Of a stretch of DNA of 64,000 nucleotides, positions 48,101 through 56,715 are shown piece after piece (position 1 is the first letter of the stretch; every line of letters starts with the position of its first letter). The translations under genes were made by a program, and so were the position numbers. This DNA comes from Myxococcota bacterium. GTDB taxonomy: Bacteria > Myxococcota_A > SURF-8. The notes under the pieces are model-generated. The model saw nothing but the letters and a program-made list of their open reading frames with translations. It had not been told where the DNA came from and did not search any database. The DNA lies in assembly GCA_965140415.1 (NCBI GenBank), contig OZ223209.1:3616001-3680000 (forward strand), written 5' to 3'.

Positions 48101-48665
48101 CGAGATGATCATCACTGAGTGTGATCGAATCGCCACCATTGTAAAGAATCTGCTCTCCTTCAGCCGACAGCAAAAAGAAGCGTTCGCTCCGGCGAAAGTG
48201 AGCGATATCATCATGACAACATTCTCCTTAATTAATAAGGTCCTAGGAAAAGACAGAATCCTGTTGTCAGTTGATGTCGAACAAGATTTACCGCCTTTGC
48301 TTTGCCGCTTTCAACAAATTCAGCAGGTGTTGATGAATCTTGTTACCAATGCTCGAGATGCATTAAACCTGCGCTTCCCAGACGCTAACGAAGAAAAGAA
48401 AATGATTGTGTCCGCACGTACCTTTGAGAATCAGGATACTACTTGGATCCGCATAACCGTTGAAGACTATGGAAATGGAATTCCACCAGAAATCGCTTCA
48501 CGAATTTTCGATCCCTTTTATACTTCTAAACCTAGAAATCAGGGAACCGGATTAGGGCTTTCAATCAGCCATGGAATCATTCAAGACCATCAGGGTGAAC
48601 TGTGGTTTGAGAGCGAGGCAGGACTCTTTACACGATTCCATGTCGATTTACCCAGTAGTAGATAA
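45159..48665 (+). CDS. Cache-domain multi-PAS sensor histidine kinase
   Basis: sCache GYYFI...GFYRYTWTKPG...WLIGTG; four PAS domains; GIAHEINNP, NLVTNARDA, GTGLGL. Confidence 0.93.
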   Translation: MVRKVSISSSFFIGGSSIVFLSLLVFGASWIWKEYSVFSEESVQMREQYLESNKQLVKNETQQIIDLIDRLRSKVEQRLKYTIKSRVYEADAIANQLYTVHGKNHSRKEIERLIIDALRPIRYNGGRGYYFITALDGTEKLFPIRPELEGTSMLTTQDTQGRYVVPDMIEIATAVGEGFYRYTWTKPGHKSNFFPKIAFVKRFSPLNWLIGTGEYLDDVDQDIQRETLEHIQATTFGSKGRLFVCQFDGPCLSGSLKDEYVKQYKDAKGEFFLNELQTVATSGGGFLLHTPLKNETTSLHSELFYAAAVDDWKWIVGAEIPIDQIETIIADRKAAMSNRLRWQMAQILLLFLLILTLALIGGAILARMMRNEFALIGNFFQHAAHADTPTQIATDRLHVQELEMIAQSANSMIQQREAATMERNRLSSILEATSDYISMSSLDQEITYMNSAFRTFTGLSETNELSRILIQNLHPPEAFKTIRDVGIPHAIQNSTFKHETYLLAPDHSMVPVSQVIIAHRKSDGSPDYLSTIIRDISEKKETEEALRASEERYRTIFMKSADATVIMDEQFFLDCNDACIELFGYQTKEQIINLPPSHHSPEFQASGVSSEVEAKHRIEEAIENGKNLFDWIHRKANGNNFYAQVTLTPFRFRDKQMLQAVIRDVTALKKAQEEILREQDINKLLIQASPAFIVSIDQQGRTISMNDAMLSALGYEAEEVIGKDYLTTFVPPEDRKMLGNLFQSLLTNSTSSLNENEVVSKSGERLLVEWHGKTIRDIDKKVEFFFGFGIDITERKKVELELQNSRKWLATTLSSVGEAIITTDVHGKITFINPIAEKLFDYASEHGNEYLLNDIFQLIDEQTRTPIQNPLEEILTTQTIVSSSNQTLLFCDNGKEYPVTYSAAPIVDSDDVILGMVLVMHDMTEHRENEAKLRQSQKLESLGTLSSGIAHEINNPIGIIRNFAELIKDENCPGEERLEFSEMIITECDRIATIVKNLLSFSRQQKEAFAPAKVSDIIMTTFSLINKVLGKDRILLSVDVEQDLPPLLCRFQQIQQVLMNLVTNARDALNLRFPDANEEKKMIVSARTFENQDTTWIRITVEDYGNGIPPEIASRIFDPFYTSKPRNQGTGLGLSISHGIIQDHQGELWFESEAGLFTRFHVDLPSSR

Positions 48666-48709
48666 ACAATGAATGCTCCTTCCGCTGAGAAGCAGGAGAG
48701 TTCCGAAGC

Positions 48710-51190
48710 ATGACTCAGATTTTGATTATCGACGATGAAGCGGGATATCGGAAAACGATTTCCCTATTTCTAAAAATAGAGGGGTATGATGTCGTTTCAT
48801 GCGCCGACGGCAAAGAGGCGCTTGAAATCATTCATACAACGCCTTTAGACCTTGTCATAAGCGACATTCTGTTACCAGGAATATCCGGTGTCGAGTTGCT
48901 CAGCGAGATCAATCAAATCCTCCCTACAGTACCTGTTATTCTCATCACTGGAGAACCGACGATAACCTCGGCAGTGAAAGCGGTACAAGGAGGAGCATTC
49001 GACTATCTGACTAAACCATTTACGAAAGAAGCGCTCATCCGTGTTGTAAATAGCGCTCTTCGTGTAAAGCAGTTGGAAGATGAAAACCGCCACCATCAAG
49101 AACAGCTTGAAGAGCTTGTGCAACAACGAACTCGCCAAATCGCCAATACAAGCGATCTGTTAAAACATATCGCTCAGCAGGCTCTTCAGTTTTCTCGGTG
49201 CTTGACAGAAGAAGAACTGAATCAGGCGATTTTGAAGTTACTTTGCGAAGTGGTGAACGCTAAATCAGGCATCATCCTGAACATCTCAGAGCAACAAATC
49301 TCTTCGAGCGTAACTTACGGACCATCCTTTTTATCGATCGATTCAATTAATCAACCGAAACATGAAAAACGTGGAGTGGAATTCTCGGATACAGAAACCT
49401 GCTTGCTTAAAAGCGACACCAAGCTTCCAACATGGTTAATTCCAATACAACAAGAAATGCCACCAGACTCTATACTACTCCAAATGCTGGTCCGAGACGA
49501 CAGCAATCAGTCGATTGCACTACTGCTATCCCAACCAGAAGTAACCTTCGACAATCAAGCTCTTGAATTATGCGGTCTGGCTGCCATGCATGGTCGAGAT
49601 GCGATAAAAAATCTGCGACTAAGCCAGTCGCTACAAGAATCGGAAAACAAATATCGAACCCTTAGTGAAAACTCCAATACCGGTATTTTCGTCCACCAAA
49701 ACGGAATCCTGGTGTATGTCAATGAACATCTTTCGGAAATGCTGGGATACACCCCACAAGAAACAAGCAGTTTTATAGGTCAACCAATCTTTCGTTTCTT
49801 TCACCCGGAGAGTCTTCCTCAGGCACTACAAGAAGTCCAGAAACATCGCCATACAGAATCAGGCAACGCCAGGGAAGAATATCGCCTTGTAACTAAAAAC
49901 GGAGATACCGTCTGGGTGGATGCCGCTCTTTCCTGGATAGAATTGCAAGGGCACCCGTCAACGATGGGAAACTTGATTGACATTACGGCCCGTAAACAAG
50001 CTGAAGAAGAAAACATCACTCTACAAAATCAACTGATGCAAGCCCAGAAAATGGAAGCCATCGGCACACTGGCAGGCGGCATCGCCCACGATTTCAACAA
50101 TATTCTTAGTATTATACTGGGCAATACTCAAATGGTTCTCATGGAGGATATCGACCCAGAGAGTCGCAGCTACCAGGATCTCCTGATGGTTCTCGAAGCT
50201 GCTGATCGAGCAAAATCCCTCGTTAAGCAAATCCTTACATTCAGTCGTCGAACCAAACAAGTGCGCAATCCGATCCAAATTCAGCCCATCCTCAAAGAAG
50301 TGCTTAGAATGTTGCGCGCATCATTACCTTCAACTATCGAAATCAAGCAAAACCTGGCGGTGAACGACTGGTCCCTTCTTGCCGATCCAACGGAAATCCA
50401 TCAGATACTGATGAATCTTTGCACCAATGCCGCTCACGCTATGGAAAACAGGGGTGGCAAACTGGAAGTCAAATTACAGGCCTTGGATCACACCCAAGCC
50501 AATCTCGAAGAACTCCCTCATCCATCTTTGTCACAAAATAAATTTTTCAAATTGGAAGTTTCGGATACAGGCTGCGGAATGAAATCTGAAATTGTAGCTC
50601 GGATATTCGAACCATTTTTTACAACGAAAGGAAAAGGCCAAGGAACGGGGTTAGGATTGTCCGTTGTTCACGGAACGGTAAAAAGTCTCGGAGGAAACAT
50701 CTTCGTCGATAGCGTGGAGGATAAAGGCACAACGTTCAATGTATATCTGCCTATCACAGACGATCTACCAACATCCGAACCGAAAGAGAAAAACCAGTCA
50801 TTACCAACAGGCCATGAAACGCTATTGATAGTTGACGATGAAGATGCCATGATCATGCTGATCGACAATCTGCTAAGTCGGCTCGGATACACTGTATTAC
50901 ACACAACAAGCAGTGAAAAAGCATGGGAGATGTTTACTGCAAACCCAAGTTCATTTTCCCTCCTTTTAACAGATTTGACCATGCCCAAAATGACAGGGTT
51001 AGAGCTATCGCAGAAAATACTAGAAGTTTCACCTCAGTTTCCCATTATGATGATGTCCGGAAATATTACGGAAAACAACCGACGACTGGCGGAAGACATC
51101 GGTATTCGCCGCCTAATTCTGAAACCATTCGATGCCTATGACTTCGCTCGAATGATTCGTACGGTCATTGATGAAAATAAAATTGGTTAA
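48710..51190 (+). CDS. Hybrid kinase REC-(GAF-like)-PAS-HisKA-HATPase-REC
   Basis: N-terminal ILIIDDE, AHDFNN H-box, NLCTNA, GTGLGL, C-terminal LIVDDE...DLTMP. Confidence 0.93.
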   Translation: MTQILIIDDEAGYRKTISLFLKIEGYDVVSCADGKEALEIIHTTPLDLVISDILLPGISGVELLSEINQILPTVPVILITGEPTITSAVKAVQGGAFDYLTKPFTKEALIRVVNSALRVKQLEDENRHHQEQLEELVQQRTRQIANTSDLLKHIAQQALQFSRCLTEEELNQAILKLLCEVVNAKSGIILNISEQQISSSVTYGPSFLSIDSINQPKHEKRGVEFSDTETCLLKSDTKLPTWLIPIQQEMPPDSILLQMLVRDDSNQSIALLLSQPEVTFDNQALELCGLAAMHGRDAIKNLRLSQSLQESENKYRTLSENSNTGIFVHQNGILVYVNEHLSEMLGYTPQETSSFIGQPIFRFFHPESLPQALQEVQKHRHTESGNAREEYRLVTKNGDTVWVDAALSWIELQGHPSTMGNLIDITARKQAEEENITLQNQLMQAQKMEAIGTLAGGIAHDFNNILSIILGNTQMVLMEDIDPESRSYQDLLMVLEAADRAKSLVKQILTFSRRTKQVRNPIQIQPILKEVLRMLRASLPSTIEIKQNLAVNDWSLLADPTEIHQILMNLCTNAAHAMENRGGKLEVKLQALDHTQANLEELPHPSLSQNKFFKLEVSDTGCGMKSEIVARIFEPFFTTKGKGQGTGLGLSVVHGTVKSLGGNIFVDSVEDKGTTFNVYLPITDDLPTSEPKEKNQSLPTGHETLLIVDDEDAMIMLIDNLLSRLGYTVLHTTSSEKAWEMFTANPSSFSLLLTDLTMPKMTGLELSQKILEVSPQFPIMMMSGNITENNRRLAEDIGIRRLILKPFDAYDFARMIRTVIDENKIG

Positions 51191-51209
51191 GTCCACAGAA
51201 AGACAGACT

Positions 51210-52616
51210 ATGTCCGGTGTATTGATTATTGATGATGACCCCTTATTCTGCCAATCCCTTGTCAGTATGACCGAACGTATGGGTTACTCCACCGATTTCA
51301 CGCATACGGCATCAACAGGGCTGCAAACTGCCAGGCAAGGACACTATTCCGTAATACTGCTGGATGTTGGATTGCCGGACTGTTCTGGCCTCGACATTCT
51401 TGGCGAACTAAAGGAAGTACCATCAAAACCGGAAGTAATCATTATTACGGGAATTGGGGACACCAGCGGAGCTGAATTAGCTATCCGAAATGGAGCCTGG
51501 GATTATATCGTCAAGGGTTTCAATTATGCCGATTTGCGTCTTCCTCTGGCGCGTGCTCACCAATACCATAATGAAAAACGTATAAGTGCTCCCTCCCGTG
51601 TTATCAACCGAGATGGTATTCTTGGCACCAGTCAAGCGATTGTTAACTGCCTGGATATCATTTCCGTTGCTGCGCAACAAAACGCCAGCGTGTTGATCAC
51701 TGGTGAAACCGGCACAGGAAAAGAACTGTTCGCACGAGCAATCCACAATAACAGCCACCGCAATCAGCAGAAATTTGTGGTACTGGACTGCGCTTCTTTA
51801 CCGGAAACGCTATTGGAGAGTATGTTGTTCGGTTATACCAAAGGTGCGTTTACTGGGGCAGATAGGGATCACGCCGGATTGATCAAACATGCCGATGGAG
51901 GCACTCTGTTTCTCGATGAAATTGGCGAGTTGCCTTTAAATTTTCAAAAAGCCTTCTTACGCGTTTTGCAGGAAAAACGCTTTCGCCCTGTTGGCAGTGC
52001 AGTTGAAACTACAAGTAATTTCAGACTTGTCGCAGCAACAAACCGTAATCTGGACCAAATGGTTAAGGAAGGCAGTTTTCGCAAAGATCTTCTTTTCCGT
52101 TTACGAACTATCACGCTGGAATTACCTCCTTTGCGAGAAAGAAAGAAGGATATCAAAGACATCGTCATCCATTACCTCAGCCAGGCTTCCGAGCAATTCG
52201 GCATGGCAATGAAGGGGTTCAGTACCGATTTCTTGGAAGCTCTTCACAATTACGATTGGCCGGGCAATGTCAGGGAACTTCTTCACACAATGGAAAGTGC
52301 GGTAACACTGGCCCAAGACGAACCAACGCTATTCCCGACGCATTTGCCGATGCAAATGCGAATCAGCATGCTTAAAGCCAATATTGTAGAACAACAAAAG
52401 ACTCCTTCACCCAATCCAGAAGAAGAGCACATCATTACTGCTTTTACTTCCTTTACTGAAACTCGTAGAAATGTGCTTGAAAAAATGGAACGCTCCTATC
52501 TGGTCGAGTTGATCAAACGTTCATCCGGTGATTTGAAGACAGCACTCAAGATAAGCGGACTAAAACAAACGCGCCTATACGACCTGATGAAAAAACACAA
52601 TCTCTCTTTACGATAA
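51210..52616 (+). CDS. Sigma54-dependent response regulator (NtrC family)
   Basis: Receiver, GETGTGKE, GAFTGA, LFLDEIG, WPGNVREL, C-terminal HTH; start taken at ATG 51210. Confidence 0.95.
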   Translation: MSGVLIIDDDPLFCQSLVSMTERMGYSTDFTHTASTGLQTARQGHYSVILLDVGLPDCSGLDILGELKEVPSKPEVIIITGIGDTSGAELAIRNGAWDYIVKGFNYADLRLPLARAHQYHNEKRISAPSRVINRDGILGTSQAIVNCLDIISVAAQQNASVLITGETGTGKELFARAIHNNSHRNQQKFVVLDCASLPETLLESMLFGYTKGAFTGADRDHAGLIKHADGGTLFLDEIGELPLNFQKAFLRVLQEKRFRPVGSAVETTSNFRLVAATNRNLDQMVKEGSFRKDLLFRLRTITLELPPLRERKKDIKDIVIHYLSQASEQFGMAMKGFSTDFLEALHNYDWPGNVRELLHTMESAVTLAQDEPTLFPTHLPMQMRISMLKANIVEQQKTPSPNPEEEHIITAFTSFTETRRNVLEKMERSYLVELIKRSSGDLKTALKISGLKQTRLYDLMKKHNLSLR

Positions 52617-52641
52617 GAACCAACATCGCAGGTAGAAAATC

Positions 52642-52680
52642 TTCCGCTTTTTACGGAAATCCCCTCCGCAATTCACGGAA
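52642..52680 (+). promoter_or_regulatory. Tandem palindromic enhancer (UAS) sites, TCCG-N7-CGGA twice
   Basis: TTCCGCTTTTTACGGAA (52642-52658) and CTCCGCAATTCACGGAA (52664-52680), 22-bp period. Confidence 0.7.
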
Positions 52681-52762
52681 ATCCTGCTTCTCATTTCAGA
52701 CGATCCAAATTGATATAGACGTAAATTACTGAATTTACACATCTGTCAGTACGGAAAAATTC

Positions 52763-52778
52763 TGGCATGTCCCTTGCT
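52763..52778 (+). promoter_or_regulatory. Sigma54 -24/-12 promoter
   Basis: TGGCATGTCCCTTGCT matches TGGCAC-N5-TTGCW with correct GG/GC spacing. Confidence 0.85.
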
Positions 52779-52823
52779 TTACTGCTTTCCGTGTGCAAGA
52801 GCAAGACTTGAGAGAAAAGTGAG

Positions 52824-53246
52824 ATGCAGCTATTCGCCCTTCTACCGAAGAACGATCCGTACAGCAAGAGAATTGAAGAAAAGATTCTCGCCCTGAGTAC
52901 GACTTTGCCTGTCACGGTTCTCCGGGAACCTTCTGAACTAAGTGAGCAACTCAGGAAACCAGGGACCGATTCCTCGCTTTACATCCTACTCGCAACAAAA
53001 CATCTGCCACAACTAATCAAATTGAAGGACGTTCTCAATCGTCAAACCCTGTTTATTTTGCATCCAAAATTGGAGTCGGAAATATTACAGGAAATGTATC
53101 GTCTCAATCCGAAATTTATTTTCGGCCTTACCGATTATGAGATTCATTCATTCACCGAAACGCTACGCCATGTCGTCCAATCCAATGAACCGACAAGGCG
53201 CGCAACAAAGCTGCCACAAAAAGCGAAACAACAAACAGAGAAATGA
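52824..53246 (+). CDS. Hypothetical protein (possible degenerate receiver fold)
   Basis: First ORF after the sigma54 promoter; alternating beta/alpha pattern. Confidence 0.6.
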   Translation: MQLFALLPKNDPYSKRIEEKILALSTTLPVTVLREPSELSEQLRKPGTDSSLYILLATKHLPQLIKLKDVLNRQTLFILHPKLESEILQEMYRLNPKFIFGLTDYEIHSFTETLRHVVQSNEPTRRATKLPQKAKQQTEK

Positions 53247-53259
53247 GAGGAATACGAAA

Positions 53260-55946
53260 ATGAAATGGACAATTTTAAAGAAATTCTTAGCGGCACTGGT
53301 ACCGGTCATTCTGATTGCCGTATTTATGATGTCATACTTTGCCTATAGTGGTTCGGCAGAACACCTGCTCAAACTTGAAGAAGAACGCACTCTCCTTCTG
53401 ATAGATAAAACGGTCGAAGATATCAACAATTGGCTAGACGAGCGTATGGCACAAGTCAAGCTATTCTCACAAACAGAGTTGTTTGTTCTTGCCTCGCAGG
53501 ATCAGGAAGTTGACAGCGCGAGAAAACTGTTGGAGCGCTATCATAAGACGTACCCTTATTATGAAAACATCTTCGTAGCCAGTCCATCCGGTGTGATTTT
53601 GGTCGATTCCATCCAAGGCAAGTCTGTAGGGATTGATATTTCAAAAATGCCGAATTACACCATCAACGTGCAAAAAGCGGCTAGCGGCACGGCTTGGCAA
53701 GGGGAAGTATTCAAATCTCCGGCCACCGGTCGTCCGGTTGCATTACTAACAGCACCAATAATGTCCAACGGCAAACTGATAGGTATTCTAGGCACACCAT
53801 TGGAAATCCAGCTTCTTTCCAAGCAACTGGTAAGTAACATTAAAATTGGAAAAACCGGGTATATTTATATCACAGATGCCAACGGCACCTTCCTGGCACA
53901 TCCGGTCGAAAAAAACATTCTTAATACCAGTCTGCAGAAGCTGGAATTCGGCCCACGCATGATGGCTCAAAAAGAAGGAACTCTCGCCTATGTATTCCAA
54001 GGCAGCAATCGAGTGGCCCACTTCCGAACAAATCCGAAGAATGGATGGATCGTTGCCACCAGCATCAGCGAAGAGGAACTGCTTCAACCAATTAACAACG
54101 TAACCCTGACATTGACCATCGTTGGTATCTTGGCAATTGCTTTCCTCATTATCACCATCACACTGATCAGTCGTCGGTTGATTTCCAATCCGATCCAGGG
54201 AATGGTTCAAACTCTTTCAGATGTCGCCAATGGTAATCTTTCCACCAGCATTGAAATAAAGGGGAATGATGAAATTTCGGAATTAGGGGCTGCCATGGAA
54301 CGCATGGTGGAAGCCGAGAAAGAACTAGCACGCGCAGCGACTGTGATCTCTCAAGGTGATTTATCGGTCACAATTACACCTCGGTCTGAACACGATACAC
54401 TTTCTCAAAGCTTGCTCGGAGTCGTGACATCTCTCAAAGCGCTTCAGGATGACATTGGGAGCATGATCGCAGCTCAGAAAACCGGCGATATCGAAGCACA
54501 TTGCAATGCCGACAAATTCAGTGGCGCATATGCCGAACTCTCTAAGGGGATCAATGAAGCGCTGGACGTAATTTCAGCTCCAGTAGTAGAAGCGATCGGG
54601 ATTATGAACGAGTACGCAAATGGAGAATTCAAGCGAGCCATGCGCGATCTACCCGGCAAGCAAATCATTCTGACCAAGGGAATGAATGGAATTCGGTCCA
54701 ACCTATTATCACTGATCGATGAAATCCAGATGCTGATTGATGCCGCAATCAAAGGCGATCTACATGTACGCGGCAAATACCAGCAATTTAACGCCTCTTA
54801 TTCGGAGGTCATTCAGGGTATCAACGACATTTTGAACGCCGTAATTACTCCAATAAACGAAGCTTCCGATGTGCTGCAGCAGTTGTCTGACCGCAACTTG
54901 ACAGCCCGCATGAACGGTAATTACCGAGGGGATTACGACAAGATCAAGAGCTACATGAACCAAACGGCGGATGTATTGGAAAACGCCATTGCACAAACAG
55001 CCCGCGCATCGGAACAGGTCGCCAGTGCCAGTAACGAGATCGCCAGCAGTAGCCAGCAAGTAGCCGAAGGCGCTTCCGAACAAGCCAGCAGCCTGGAAGA
55101 AACATCAAGCAGCCTGGAAGAAATGTCGGCATGACGAAACAGAATGCAGAAAATGCGACCCAGGCTAAAGCCATGACCGAAACCGTAAACAATTTGGCAA
55201 TGGACGCCGGTTCGTACATGAAAGAGATGGTCGATGCGATGGGCAATATCAGCGAGGCTTCCAAAGGAACCTCGGCTATCATCAAAGACATCAATGAAAT
55301 CGCTTTCCAAACGAACCTTCTCGCCTTAAACGCAGCCGTCGAAGCTGCACGAGCTGGAGAAGCAGGACGTGGATTTGCCGTTGTTGCGGAAGAAGTTCGC
55401 AACTTGGCGTTGCGCTCCAAAGAAGCTGCTCTAAAAACGGAAGAATTGATCAGAGAATCGGTTTCCCTTAGTGAAAACGGACAAACGATCTCCTCTCAGG
55501 TAGCTGGCAAACTTGATGATATTGTAAAATCTATCGATAAAACCACCGCCATTGTGGCAGAAATCGCCAGCGCTAGTGACGAGCAGGCACGCGGTATCGA
55601 TCAAGTCAACCGCGCAGTAGCTCAAATGGACAAAGTCACACAACAAAATGCAGCAAATTCTGAAGAATCCGCCAGTTCCGCCGAGGAATTGGCCAGTCAG
55701 TCCCAAGAACTGACCGCTCTTGTCCGACAATTCCAAATCAGTGAAACGCTATTGGGACAAAAAAAGAGCAACTTTTCTCCCAGCGATAAGCGTGCTCTAA
55801 CGACGGACACTTCTCCCAAACAATCTAATAAGCCGAAGCGGCAAGACAAACAAGAATTGACGAGAAACTCCGGAAACAGCGGAATCCACGTTTCTCCAGA
55901 GGAACTGATCCCGCTGGATGATGACCCGGATTACGCAGATTTTTAA
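53260..55946 (+). pseudogene. Methyl-accepting chemotaxis protein (dCache, poly-HAMP, signalling domain) split by an apparent 1-bp deletion near 55128-55130; real or assembly error
   Basis: ORF 53260-55134 ends SLEEMSA-stop; ORF 55131-55946 continues MTKQNAEN...[34 protein letters not shown]. Confidence 0.85.
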
Positions 55947-56019
55947 TTGCCATGCCAAGTCGTCTTGATTAACTGGAACGAAAATAGCGAATCGTTCCCC
56001 AATAAAAAAGGATAAGATC

Positions 56020-56412
56020 ATGTACCAAATCGAACTGAAATCATCAATTTACAAATTGACCTTCTCAGGTGTTCTTTCACCTGACGATATGAAAAACTGG
56101 CTTAACGAAAGCAAACAACAGCTTGCTTCTGCTCCCACCAAATTCGGCGTCTTCGTGGATATGCGTGACATGAAACCCCTTTCCGAAGATTCCCAGCAGT
56201 ACATGAAAGAAGGACAAGCCGCTTTCAAATCAAAAGGCATGGTGCGCTCGGTCGTCATTCTGAATGATACTGTCACCACAATGCAGTTCAAACGCATCGC
56301 CCGTGAAACCGGAATCGATAGCTGGGAACGCTACATCGATGCTTCCCGCAATCCGGAATGGAAAAAAGCCGGTTTGGATTGGCTGGTCAACGGTCTGGAT
56401 CCCGATGCCTGA
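56020..56412 (+). CDS. Small hypothetical protein (STAS/SEC14-like pattern)
   Basis: SD AGGA; FGVFVDMRDMKP...RSVVIL. Confidence 0.7.
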   Translation: MYQIELKSSIYKLTFSGVLSPDDMKNWLNESKQQLASAPTKFGVFVDMRDMKPLSEDSQQYMKEGQAAFKSKGMVRSVVILNDTVTTMQFKRIARETGIDSWERYIDASRNPEWKKAGLDWLVNGLDPDA

Positions 56413-56715
56413 TTGATATACATCAACGCACGACATTCCCGGCAGGCGATTCCGTTCGGTTTCGTTTGCCGGGCTTGTCTCACGAATTGTATCGAGAAAC
56501 CAATCATCGCCGATGCTAAGAACGATGGTTCCCCCTCTTCTGATTCACTCCAGTTTCAAGAACAACGACAGGTCACATCCTGAAACTTAAACAAGTTTAT
56601 TTTCCGACAATCTTCCTCGGATTAAATTAATCTGCTATTCTATCTACTGTACACGGCAGTATTCGAAATCACTCCTTTACAGGAGATTCTCAAACCGTAA
56701 CGGTGGGATGTCATT

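Noticed and set aside
53137-53259. N-terminal extension of the MCP ORF
   Set aside because: Overlaps the upstream gene; SD GAGG and a TM-leading start fit ATG 53260.
55110-55140. Programmed ribosomal frameshift in the MCP
   Set aside because: No slippery heptamer or homopolymer run at the junction.
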